A DNA stretch of 64,000 nucleotides, taken from an uncultured Candidatus Saccharibacteria bacterium. GTDB lineage: Bacteria; Patescibacteriota; Dojkabacteria; J137. The notes under the pieces were generated by a model. It had not been told where the DNA came from. It saw only the letters and a list, made by a program, of their open reading frames with translations, and ran no database searches. The stretch lies in contig OZ246402.1 of assembly GCA_965230975.1 (NCBI GenBank), positions 37,771 to 101,770 on the forward strand, written 5' to 3'. This document shows positions 47,725 through 56,965 of the stretch, one piece after another. A program made the position numbers and the translations under genes. Every line of letters begins with the position of its first letter. Positions within the stretch are counted from its first letter, which is position 1.

Positions 47725-48183
47725 TCAGGGCTCTTCTGTAGTAATAGGCTTCACTTCATCTTCAATCTCCGGAATTTCTTCAGTAAAAAACATAGTCGGA
47801 TTATCTTCAAGACCATAATCTTCTTTTACTAAATCGGCCAACCACACCAAAGAGGCAGAATTATAGTTATGAATAAAGTATCTGACCTCATTTCCATTAG
47901 GTAATATAACCGACAAGTTCTTTTCTTCAACACGATGCTCCCTTATCCTAGGATTCTCATCGTACACCCTGTACCTAACTCCTGACTTATCTTCACCAAA
48001 TGCTAATATTACGGCAGTCTTGTTTTGCATAGCGTAAGTAGTGGCAAACTGTAATCTTGAGTATGTATTTTTTACGTCAACACCTTCGGCAACAGCAGTT
48101 TCCCAAATATTAGAATATCCTTCTAATTGTGTTAAATCTTCTATCATAGAACAAAAATGAAATTTATACGCGGATAATAGCAC
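47725..48183 (-). CDS. hypothetical protein encoded between ftsA and ftsZ
   Basis: 152-aa ORF (possible internal start MIEDLTQ). Acidic C-terminus. No recognised motif. Confidence 0.4.
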   Translation of the reverse strand: MLLSAYKFHFCSMIEDLTQLEGYSNIWETAVAEGVDVKNTYSRLQFATTYAMQNKTAVILAFGEDKSGVRYRVYDENPRIREHRVEEKNLSVILPNGNEVRYFIHNYNSASLVWLADLVKEDYGLEDNPTMFFTEEIPEIEDEVKPITTEEP

Positions 48184-48231
48184 TGAGACTTAGCAGCTTC
48201 AATTATGTTTTAGCAAGAAATTTATATAGGA

Positions 48232-49548
48232 TTAAGGCATTAAACCCTTAAAGAATCTAGTCACTTTACTCATTACACCTGGGCCTTGCTTAGCATTAGA
48301 TGTTACAGAGAAGCTATTGTCACCTCTGTAAACTTCATCGTGCAATGCATACAACACCAAACCTTGAGAGGATGCATAAGCCGGTGAAGAGATTCCGTCG
48401 GTTAAGCCTTCTAAACCCCTTGGAGAACCGATTCTTGCAGGCACTTTGAAAACCTTTTTAGCAATTGCGGTAACACCAGGAATTAAAGCCGTACCTCCGG
48501 TTAAAACAACACCTGCTGGCAATTGGTATTCATAACCTGCTGATTCAATGTTTTCTGCAACAAGTTCAAAAATCTCTGTTATTCTAGCCTCCACAATTTC
48601 GTTAAACTGTCTTCTAGAAATTGTTTTAACACCTTCTATACCTAAAGGGGTAACATCTAGTATGTCTGATTTTTTTGTTGGTTTTTCTCTTGAGTCATCT
48701 TCAGAAGTTGTATCTTTTTCGATAGTAGCTTTTTTTTCTGCCCGTTTTGAGCTTATATCTGCACTTTTAAATAGCTCCTCTGCGTGAATCTTAACCTTTT
48801 CTGCATCATCTAATTGAAGTCTTAAACCAGCAGCTAAATCTCTTGTAACGTTACTACCGCCGTATGGAATTGCAGTACTATATGTAACAGCATCTTCTAC
48901 GAAAGTTGTAATTGAAACAGTGCCACCACCAATATCTAAAAGCAAGACACCTAGTTCTTTTTCTGTTGGAGTTAATATAGATTGAGCAGCAGACCAGCCA
49001 CTAAAAACAATGCCATCTATTCTTAAACCAATCATTTGTACGCATTTTTCAAGATTATGTTTTGAAGTAACTGGCGCAGAAATTATATGAGAGTCTACTT
49101 CTAATCTTGAACCTGTCATTCCTATTGGGACTTTTATACCACTTTGTTGATCTACAACAAATTCTCTTGGGATTAAGTGAATAATTTCTCTTGTAGGAGG
49201 TATAGCTACAGTTCTTGCCTGCTCTAGAGCCCTGTAGACATCATCTGCAGAAATTTCATTATCTGAAATTGCAACCACACCTTTATTGTTATTTGAAATT
49301 ATTTGTTTACCGTTTATTGTTACATATGCAGATGAAACAGTTAGACCGGCCATTCTTTCAGCTCCGGATAATGCAGATGCAATTGAGTTTACTGCCTCAT
49401 CTATGCCAGTAATTTCACCTTTTTTTATTCCGTAAGCCGGATAGGAGGATTCTCCTATTACCTTTGCTTTATTTCCCTCTTCTACTACAGCAATAACTGC
49501 TGTTACTTTACTTGAACCGATATCTATTGCCGTGATTATATTCGCCAT
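48232..49548 (-). CDS. ftsA: cell division protein FtsA
   Basis: ITAIDIGSSKVTAVIA, LLDIGGGTVSITTF, VLTGGTALIPGV; located between ftsQ and ftsZ. Confidence 0.85.
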   Translation of the reverse strand: MANIITAIDIGSSKVTAVIAVVEEGNKAKVIGESSYPAYGIKKGEITGIDEAVNSIASALSGAERMAGLTVSSAYVTINGKQIISNNNKGVVAISDNEISADDVYRALEQARTVAIPPTREIIHLIPREFVVDQQSGIKVPIGMTGSRLEVDSHIISAPVTSKHNLEKCVQMIGLRIDGIVFSGWSAAQSILTPTEKELGVLLLDIGGGTVSITTFVEDAVTYSTAIPYGGSNVTRDLAAGLRLQLDDAEKVKIHAEELFKSADISSKRAEKKATIEKDTTSEDDSREKPTKKSDILDVTPLGIEGVKTISRRQFNEIVEARITEIFELVAENIESAGYEYQLPAGVVLTGGTALIPGVTAIAKKVFKVPARIGSPRGLEGLTDGISSPAYASSQGLVLYALHDEVYRGDNSFSVTSNAKQGPGVMSKVTRFFKGLMP

Positions 49549-49645
49549 AAAATTAACATAAATTTCTACTTTATAATTGTAGCATTAAAAATTCTCAATA
49601 GTATCGATAAGTTTACAATCTGAGCAAAATGATTGCAAGATTAAT

Positions 49646-50818
49646 TTAACGCGTTATTGAATATGTATCACTTCTTAAATCAATTATTTTTGCAGACCCA
49701 AAAAGTCCATAGTATATAATGGTATCCATCTCTTTAATTTGTGATTCCAAGGGTCTTCTTAACGAAAGTCTAATTAGCTTATTATCTTGAGAATACAAAT
49801 CTAGAGTAAATTTTGTAGACAAAAAATTTCTATTTAAGGGAATACCCCTGGCTTGAATGCCATCAATTAGCGCAATTGATAGATTTACATCATTACTGTC
49901 CATAGAATCTATATAATACGATTCAATTAATGGCAATGAATTATAAACACTTTTAGAGTGCAAATCTCGTATCGATTGAAAGTATTCAACAACCCTATCT
50001 TCTGCCGACTTTTTTAAATTGTTATAAATTGCAGTTTTCTCTTCAAGTGGAACCTTTGTCCAGTCAATTGTTAACTTCTCTTCATCTGTCTTACCCTCTA
50101 TATACTTTTCTTTTATTTCATCTGAATCTAAATTTTGCTCATCTTTTAAAAGAGTTTGCTCAAATTCTGTCAGATTGATTTTTTCAAACCCACTAAACAC
50201 GCCTATCTCCCTAGCATTTACATCTAGCAAGGATACATTGTTTAGATTTGAAAATATAATTACGGGATCCCCCTGCAGTGCTTCGATTTCAACTGTATTA
50301 GGTAATTGCTTATATAAATAAATTCTTTCAATTTCAGGCACTTTTTCTTTTATTTTTCCAAATATCTCCTGCTCATTAATTAAGTAAATATTTTGTCCTT
50401 TATACCCTTCTACTGCACTTTTAATAGTTTCAAGCGCCTCTTTTGGAGCAATTATTTGAATCTCTTTTATATTAAATGCACTGTTTCGAACAATTAATAG
50501 CACTCCCCCAAACATTACTATAGAAAATATCACCAAAAGATTTCTAATTGGCAAAACCAATTTAAAATCTTTTAACCTGTCTCTTAAAATCGCTTTTTTT
50601 CTATTTTGAGCTACATTAGAATATTTAGCAGATATACTTTGAGGTTTGTAGCTTGAATCTTTTTTAAATGCAGAAAAGATCCCTTTTTTAGTTTTTCTTG
50701 AACTTGCTGTAGCAAGTCCACTATTTGTCTTTAAAACTTTTTTATCTTTGCGCTTAAAAATACTTTTAAACCTAGATTCTTTTTTGTTTTTATATATAGG
50801 TCTTTCAAACTTTGACAT
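49646..50818 (-). CDS. ftsQ: cell division protein FtsQ/DivIB-like (POTRA domain)
   Basis: Basic N-terminus, one TM (LLVIFSIVMFGGVLLIV), POTRA-like IKEIQIIAPKE...YLYKQLPNTVEIEA; immediately upstream of ftsA. Confidence 0.6.
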   Translation of the reverse strand: MSKFERPIYKNKKESRFKSIFKRKDKKVLKTNSGLATASSRKTKKGIFSAFKKDSSYKPQSISAKYSNVAQNRKKAILRDRLKDFKLVLPIRNLLVIFSIVMFGGVLLIVRNSAFNIKEIQIIAPKEALETIKSAVEGYKGQNIYLINEQEIFGKIKEKVPEIERIYLYKQLPNTVEIEALQGDPVIIFSNLNNVSLLDVNAREIGVFSGFEKINLTEFEQTLLKDEQNLDSDEIKEKYIEGKTDEEKLTIDWTKVPLEEKTAIYNNLKKSAEDRVVEYFQSIRDLHSKSVYNSLPLIESYYIDSMDSNDVNLSIALIDGIQARGIPLNRNFLSTKFTLDLYSQDNKLIRLSLRRPLESQIKEMDTIIYYGLFGSAKIIDLRSDTYSITR

Positions 50819-50883
50819 ACAAATATTCTACATGTAAGTTTTAAGTATTGAAACAACATTAATAATTTAAGTGTTACAAGGGA

Positions 50884-50910
50884 ATAAAAAAACCTCCCGA
50901 TGGGGAGGTT
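50884..50910 (-). terminator. Rho-independent terminator of rpsO
   Basis: AACCTCCC-GATG-GGGAGGTT hairpin followed on the minus strand by UUUUUUU. Confidence 0.8.
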
Positions 50911-50931
50911 TTTAAATTTTTTAAAACTATT

Positions 50932-51222
50932 TTACAAACCCATTTCTTTTAAGAATGTAGCTACTGCCTCTTGATTATCTTCTGTTCTAGTATAGTAGTT
51001 AATTAACTTTCTTCTTTCACCAACCAACTTTAATAAACCTCTTCTAGAATGTTTATCTTTTTTGTGAGATTTTAAGTGATCTGCTAAGTATTTAATTCTT
51101 TCTGTAAGAATGGCGATTTGAACTCTTGGTGAGCCAGTATCTTTTTCATGAGTACCATACTTTGAAATTATTTCACTCTTTTGAGTCTTTTCTTGATTAA
51201 ATTTTGACTTTTTACTTGCCAT
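50932..51222 (-). CDS. rpsO: 30S ribosomal protein S15
   Basis: [46 protein letters not shown] matches the S15 core (..HKKDHHSRRGL..RRKLL). Confidence 0.85.
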   Translation of the reverse strand: MASKKSKFNQEKTQKSEIISKYGTHEKDTGSPRVQIAILTERIKYLADHLKSHKKDKHSRRGLLKLVGERRKLINYYTRTEDNQEAVATFLKEMGL

Positions 51223-51288
51223 ATTCTTAAATTAAGTAATTAATATTTATCGGTTATAGATTATACTTGAAAAATAACTCAAATACAA

Positions 51289-51588
51289 CTAGCTTTGGCT
51301 CTTTCTGCCAAGTAAACCCGACATGTTTTTAAATAATAACATCGGATTGTCTAAATAACCATTTACGCTTTTAACAACCCTGGTTAAAGTTTTAATAATT
51401 TCTCTAATATTTCTATAGTCTTCTAACGCCAAATCTGACAATTCTCCAATATTTGCAACTGGTCTTTTAACCTCTTTAACAATATCTACCGTGCTTAATA
51501 TAAATTTTATTAAAGCATAAGATATACCAATTATCGAAAATGAGAATGAGCCCGCTAATAATAGTTTTACAATATCATCTACCGTCAT
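51289..51588 (-). CDS. small membrane-anchored protein, hypothetical (DUF948-like architecture)
   Basis: One N-terminal TM followed by a helical region; 99 aa. Confidence 0.4.
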   Translation of the reverse strand: MTVDDIVKLLLAGSFSFSIIGISYALIKFILSTVDIVKEVKRPVANIGELSDLALEDYRNIREIIKTLTRVVKSVNGYLDNPMLLFKNMSGLLGRKSQS

Positions 51589-51679
51589 ATTTTTTATTTA
51601 ACCAATACAAGTATATACTGTGTCAAAATATGTTACAAACTAATTTGATTAATTACTCTATTTTTGAAAGAATGGATTT

Positions 51680-53293
51680 ATGAAAGAAATAATTTTTTTA
51701 GGGTTAATATTCACTCTCCCAGCTTGGTTTATTATTATTCGAAACTTCTTATGGGATTTGTCTTTTTGGCAAAAGAAAAACTACTCTGTTGAAAAGTTTA
51801 CTCAAAATATTTTATGGGACATCGATAAAGACTCTGTTTCCCACTTTCTTATTTTGGTTAAATTTCTTTGTTTAGCATTGTTAACAATTGGGTTCCAATA
51901 CTTTGTAGGTGGGGTTATAGGAATCGCCACACTACTTATTATTTGGAGCTTTGAGGCTTTTTGGAGATTAGAGTTTGTATTTATTACTAAAGAACCTAAA
52001 TTAGACATTCTTAAACCCAGAAACTTAATATCTTTACTTACTTTTATAACAATACTGTTTTATTCGTTTTTATGGATCTCTTTACCCTTCTCTTATTTAG
52101 TAGATACAGGTAACAATGTAAACTACGCCATGCAACTGGTTTATGGTATTCCAAGTGCATATATCTACCTGTTAATTATTACTGCAATCTTTTGCTTGTT
52201 TGATTTAGGCACCTCCCTTATCACTGCATTAATTCAAATATTTATAAACAAGTTAGTATATATAAGAAGACTTGTAAAACTCTTTCTATTTCAAAACAAA
52301 GTAGCCAAACTTAGAGATGGAAATAGAATTATCCTCAATATTGGAGATACCCATTACGAAATCGCAAAACTTTTGCAAATTGGCCTTGAAAATATAAAAC
52401 AAATAGATGTTACAGACCCAAGACAAGTTTTGGAATTTATTATAGATAATAAAATCAAAAATCAAACGCTTTTTGTAAGTTGCAATGGTGATATAAAAAA
52501 TATAATTTCAACCCTACAACCCGAAATAGTATTTCTAAATTCAACCGAGATAATTTTGAGTAGTATTTTAAAGTATGTTCCTGCAAGAACAAAAGTAATC
52601 GCAAATAAAGATATTTTTGCCACAGATCAAATTACCAAGCTACACAAAGGGGAATATTCATTCTTTTCTAGCAAAAATAGCAAAGCAATCTCTAATCAAA
52701 ATATAATAACTCCTAGGTTTATAGAAATAGAAACAACAGGTATTAGGGCAACTTATTTAATAAATTCTAAAGAAGAATCCGTACATTTAAAAACCTTTAA
52801 CAAGGAGTATGTATCTTACGTTGCAGCAACACTTTGCATTTGTCAGGAACTCGAACGTGACAGTACTGGCTTATTAAGAAATATTGAGTCAGGGTTTTCT
52901 AAACTTTCAAAGGAGCTATTTATAGAAGGAGATAATGATACTAAAATTTATAATTTTGAAAATCACGAATTAAATTATTTGCAATTTGTTAAAAATATAA
53001 ATTCTGCTTGCAGACAAAAAGGTACTAACAATCTAATTGTTTTATCAGATGGGTTAGGTATTAAAAATATACCTGAAGGATTTTTTGAATGTGTTAAGGA
53101 ATGCGTAGATTGTTTTATAACAAATGACCAAAAACTTAACAAAGAACTTGACAAAAGGGGTATTAAAAATTTTTCTGCCAATAATTTAAAAAGCATGACT
53201 TTTTTGGCAAGAAGACATTCAAACAAAGGTGATATTTTCTTAATAGAAGGCACTTTTAAAGATTCTATTATTCAAGCTTTAAAGAAAAACTAA
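51680..53293 (+). CDS. hypothetical protein with N-terminal polytopic membrane domain and C-terminal soluble domain
   Basis: About 6 hydrophobic helices in the first 200 aa, then a ~330-aa soluble region; no recognised catalytic motif. Confidence 0.4.
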   Translation: MKEIIFLGLIFTLPAWFIIIRNFLWDLSFWQKKNYSVEKFTQNILWDIDKDSVSHFLILVKFLCLALLTIGFQYFVGGVIGIATLLIIWSFEAFWRLEFVFITKEPKLDILKPRNLISLLTFITILFYSFLWISLPFSYLVDTGNNVNYAMQLVYGIPSAYIYLLIITAIFCLFDLGTSLITALIQIFINKLVYIRRLVKLFLFQNKVAKLRDGNRIILNIGDTHYEIAKLLQIGLENIKQIDVTDPRQVLEFIIDNKIKNQTLFVSCNGDIKNIISTLQPEIVFLNSTEIILSSILKYVPARTKVIANKDIFATDQITKLHKGEYSFFSSKNSKAISNQNIITPRFIEIETTGIRATYLINSKEESVHLKTFNKEYVSYVAATLCICQELERDSTGLLRNIESGFSKLSKELFIEGDNDTKIYNFENHELNYLQFVKNINSACRQKGTNNLIVLSDGLGIKNIPEGFFECVKECVDCFITNDQKLNKELDKRGIKNFSANNLKSMTFLARRHSNKGDIFLIEGTFKDSIIQALKKN

Positions 53294-53400
53294 ACTTTGA
53301 CTTAGTTTTAAATTTAGCTATAATAACTAAAATAAGATTATTTGCATCTAAAAGTAATCTTCAATTTTTTGAGTAATCCAAACTTTTTTAAATAGATAAA

Positions 53401-53766
53401 ATGAAGAAAACAAAAGACGGTAAAGTTATTGCATCACTAACAGAAGTTAAAAACAAAACGGGGGATATTTTTGCATTGGCAGATGAGTATGGAGAGGTTT
53501 TACTAACCTCCTACAATAAACCAAGATACAAACTTGTTAAACTCAATGTATCTTCTCTTTTACAAGAAGAAGATGACGAACCAAAGTATGTCCAAGAAAG
53601 AGCATCTGTAAAAGCAAAACCCGAACCTAAGGTAGAAGACGAATTGCACACAGAAAGCCCTGCCGATCAAAAGCTTATCGATAAAGTTTTTGTTATTAAT
53701 CCTTGGAATAGAGAATCCGAAGTTGAAAAACAATTTGTTATTAAAGCAACTAAACCATTAATTTAA
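53401..53766 (+). CDS. Phd/YefM-like antitoxin with extended C-terminal tail
   Basis: N-terminal KVIASLTEVKNKTGDIFALADEYGEVLLTSYNKPRYKLVKL fits the Phd/YefM fold pattern; immediately upstream (17 nt) of the PIN gene. Confidence 0.55.
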   Translation: MKKTKDGKVIASLTEVKNKTGDIFALADEYGEVLLTSYNKPRYKLVKLNVSSLLQEEDDEPKYVQERASVKAKPEPKVEDELHTESPADQKLIDKVFVINPWNRESEVEKQFVIKATKPLI

Positions 53767-53783
53767 TACTTAATTAACATATT

Positions 53784-54158
53784 ATGAAAACCACAATAGT
53801 TGTTGATACAGGAATTATTTTAGAATACCTTAAAACTGGAAAAGGTGTTTTGCCAGATGTTTACGAAAAGTATTCTATGATTATTCCATCTGTTAGCGTT
53901 ACAGAAGTTTTAGCAAGTAAAACATTTAGCGATAAAGGCTTAGAAGAAGAGGTTGTAAGTTTTTTGCATAAATATTTTAAGATAGAAGAAGTTTCAGAAA
54001 AAGTTGCTCATAAGGCATCTTTCATTGTTAGAGAGTATGGCGTAAATTTAATGACGGCCCTTATTGCAGCTACAGCAATAGTTGGCAATCACAAACTTTT
54101 AACCGAAGAAAAGAAACACTTTGGCAAAATTGCAGGTGTTGAAATGCTAGAGTTGTAA
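53784..54158 (+). CDS. PIN-domain (VapC-like) protein, putative toxin
   Basis: IVVDTGIIL (Asp), SVTEV (Glu), ALIAATAIVGN...LLTEE C-terminal acidic positions; 124 aa. Confidence 0.6.
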   Translation: MKTTIVVDTGIILEYLKTGKGVLPDVYEKYSMIIPSVSVTEVLASKTFSDKGLEEEVVSFLHKYFKIEEVSEKVAHKASFIVREYGVNLMTALIAATAIVGNHKLLTEEKKHFGKIAGVEMLEL

Positions 54159-54165
54159 AGATTAG

Positions 54166-54591
54166 CTAGCTTTTATGTCTAGCGCCATAACTTGAACCTA
54201 CAACGGTGCTTACAATTTTTTGAGCTATTTCCCTAACAGAATCTAAATCACGCCCACTTTTCTCAACTATCTCCTCTGCAATTCTAAACCCTAGTAAACG
54301 CAATGCAATATCTAGATTAGCAGAATCCTCTTTAAGTTGTTTAGGGATCTTAGGATTATAAAATTGACCATTAAACGAGAATACTTCTCGTAGTCTATCG
54401 TCTTTCTTAATAAGTTCTGTATAATATCTGCCCATTACTTCTCTTAACTTTTGATCTGAAAATTCACCAGTTTCATTTATAGTGGGTAAATCGCTTGGCA
54501 AATCTAAGTTATAGAAGATTTTGTAGATCTCTAATCTATTGCCCTCTTCAAAACTGGACGGGAGTTCTTCTAAAGGTTGATTATTCATCAT
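54166..54591 (-). CDS. hypothetical protein
   Basis: 141-aa ORF convergent with the PIN gene. Confidence 0.4.
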   Translation of the reverse strand: MMNNQPLEELPSSFEEGNRLEIYKIFYNLDLPSDLPTINETGEFSDQKLREVMGRYYTELIKKDDRLREVFSFNGQFYNPKIPKQLKEDSANLDIALRLLGFRIAEEIVEKSGRDLDSVREIAQKIVSTVVGSSYGARHKS

Positions 54592-54704
54592 GAGTATATA
54601 TAACTATTAACGCAATAGTTTATCACAGTAATATGGATTTTTATAAATTTTCTATTACCTGATTTAATTTCAAATACACTTGTGATAAAATCACATGCAT
54701 TAAC

Positions 54705-54778
54705 CGGAGAGTAGTTCAATTGGCTAGAATGCATGTTTTGGGAACATGAGGTTGCAGGTTCGAGTCCTGTCTCTCCGA
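54705..54778 (+). tRNA. tRNA-Pro (anticodon TGG)
   Basis: Hand-folded: acceptor CGGAGAG/CTCTCCG, D-arm GTTC/GAAT, anticodon stem CATGT/ACATG with loop TTTGGGA, T-arm GCAGG-TTCGAGT-CCTGT; CCA not encoded. Confidence 0.8.
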
Positions 54779-54841
54779 TTTAAGCTACAAGCGATACGCC
54801 AATACTCCCTAAGAACACCAAAAGTATTCCTAAATATTGAA

Positions 54842-55507
54842 CTATTTTTTATTTTCGCTTTTCCACCTTTCTATTTGAGCATGGTTGCCAGATATTAATA
54901 CATCTGGAACGGGCCACTCTTCACCTTCGTCGGTTTTAAAAGTAGATGGCCTTGTGAACTGAGGGTACTCTGCTTCATCTAAAACATTATTTGATTCATC
55001 TATTAAAGAATTTGGATTACCTAAAACTCCTGGTATTAGTCTTGCCATGCTATCTAACAAAATCATAGATGCAAGTTCTCCGCCCGAAAGAACGTAGTTG
55101 CCAATAGAAATTTCTTCATCAATTAAGTTTTCTACAACTCTGTGGTCAACACCTTCATAGTGCCCACAAATTATTAAAATCTCTTCAAACATAGATACAT
55201 GAGTTTTAGCTAATTCCTGATTCCAAATTGTTCCTTTTGCACTGGTTAGGATAACTTTTTTCTTTGGGTCATTTTTTGGGTAAAACCCCAAGTCTTTTAT
55301 TGCTTTGTAAATTGGTTCTACCTTCATAAGCATTCCAGGATTGCCACCAAATGGCCTGTCGTCCGCAGTGCCGTGTTTATCTGTAGCCCAGTCTCTTAAG
55401 TTGTGAATTTGAATTTCTATTAAACCTGCCTTTTGAGCACGCTTGATAATACTCTCGTCTAAATAAGAGAAAGAATTTGGGAATAACGTTAGTATGTGAA
55501 ATTTCAT
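54842..55507 (-). CDS. trmD: tRNA (guanine37-N1)-methyltransferase
   Basis: MKFHILTLFPNSF..., SPOUT-knot region GGELASMILLDSMARLIPGVLGN; 221 aa. Confidence 0.85.
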   Translation of the reverse strand: MKFHILTLFPNSFSYLDESIIKRAQKAGLIEIQIHNLRDWATDKHGTADDRPFGGNPGMLMKVEPIYKAIKDLGFYPKNDPKKKVILTSAKGTIWNQELAKTHVSMFEEILIICGHYEGVDHRVVENLIDEEISIGNYVLSGGELASMILLDSMARLIPGVLGNPNSLIDESNNVLDEAEYPQFTRPSTFKTDEGEEWPVPDVLISGNHAQIERWKSENKK

Positions 55508-55614
55508 ATATGGATTATACCCTTTTTAGTAGATATCTTCACTTCATTATAATAGTGGAATGTTGCCAAAAAAACTTAGTGAGTGATAATATAGCCCTAA
55601 TTAAAAAGATAACT

Positions 55615-56037
55615 ATGAATGATAACGCCGACAAACAACCTTTACCAGATGCTGAATTATCTATAAGATGGGAAAGAATCATGGAGACCCATAGACGAAG
55701 AAGGGCATCTTTGACACCTGCCCTATTAAAGATTACTCAACCCACAGCGGATCGACTTACATCCCTAGGATTTACTTTTGAAGGAGAGATAGTAGATGAA
55801 TTACCAGAATCAGCACACGAACTTTCCGATGTAGCACAGTCATTTATAAATGCATTTAACGAAAGTAGTATTACTCTAGACAACCCAGGTAACCTCAATC
55901 GAAGAGTGTTAATTAAGCAACTCTTGTTAAAGTTTATTCAAGATAATAGTTTAGAATCACTATACGAGAGCGACGAAGATCCTTTAATTATGCAAGATGT
56001 TATCGATATAATGCGTAATCTTATATCCGAAGCCTAA
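55615..56037 (+). CDS. hypothetical protein
   Basis: Track ORF begins at 55477 overlapping the trmD start; internal ATG at 55615 (MNDNADKQ) preferred. No recognised motif. Confidence 0.4.
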   Translation: MNDNADKQPLPDAELSIRWERIMETHRRRRASLTPALLKITQPTADRLTSLGFTFEGEIVDELPESAHELSDVAQSFINAFNESSITLDNPGNLNRRVLIKQLLLKFIQDNSLESLYESDEDPLIMQDVIDIMRNLISEA

Positions 56038-56186
56038 TCTGTTAAATTATGGATTATACCAAATTTTACCTCTCAGAATTCGTTTACCGCAAGCTTAGCC
56101 CATCGCTTGCAAAGGCTACCTCTTGATAAATATACTTTAAATTTACCCCTCATTATAACTAACTAATTGCCATTCACACATTCTAT

Positions 56187-56855
56187 TTAATTTTGGAATT
56201 CACTTTTTAAAGCTGCATACAATCTTTCAAGTAAAGGCAACAAAATTTCTCTTGCAGTAGATTGTAAAGCAAAAAGATCAGAATCACCCATTGAATTCTC
56301 TGTAACTAAAGATATAAAACCTGATAATGTCCTTAAAAACTCATAAAACTTTTCATTATCTGACAAAACATAATCTACGGTATCTCGCGCTTCTGGATCG
56401 GATGTAAACACAACATACAAAAAGTCTTCCATCCCAATATGATTTAACATATTTCTGTAAGCAGAAGATTTACCACCAGAAATAGAACAATCATCAATTA
56501 CCAACGCTCTCTTTGACTTATCAAATTCAGAAAATCCTTTGGTAATTTCAACATCTAATCTACCTACCCTGGTTTCTAAGTCAGCACCACCCAAATCTTT
56601 ATAAACTATCCTGTTAATCTTATCTCCCCAAAAAACAATCTTAATTCCCCGTAACTCATCTGCTAAAAAAGTGAGAAACATTTCAACTAGTAGGTTACTT
56701 TTTCCAGTTAAAATTATGTATTCGGGAGAATAATCTTTAACCAAATGCTTTAATACTATTAAGGATTCTTTTATTTTGGCAACCTGGTACGAAAGGTCGG
56801 ATTCTAACAATACTCTATCGTCCAGTCTATAATTATAGAAACCTATCTGTTGCAT
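56187..56855 (-). CDS. phosphoribosyltransferase (type I PRT fold) domain protein
   Basis: PRPP-binding-like motif RALVIDDCSISGGKSSA; 222 aa. Family not resolved (purine-salvage-like or an effector-type PRTase). Confidence 0.45.
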   Translation of the reverse strand: MQQIGFYNYRLDDRVLLESDLSYQVAKIKESLIVLKHLVKDYSPEYIILTGKSNLLVEMFLTFLADELRGIKIVFWGDKINRIVYKDLGGADLETRVGRLDVEITKGFSEFDKSKRALVIDDCSISGGKSSAYRNMLNHIGMEDFLYVVFTSDPEARDTVDYVLSDNEKFYEFLRTLSGFISLVTENSMGDSDLFALQSTAREILLPLLERLYAALKSEFQN

Positions 56856-56965
56856 ATTTTTTATTAAGATAATAGCAAATCTCTAGCTTGGTTTATTAAT
56901 ACAAACTACCGTAGGTGGCTCTGAATACTAGGTGATTGGATACCACTTCCCATTATCGTAAATTA

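Noticed and set aside
56038-56186. GCAAGC-N10-GCTTGC hairpin between convergent genes
   Set aside because: Short 6-bp stem without a U-tract; at most a weak bidirectional terminator, not reported as a feature.
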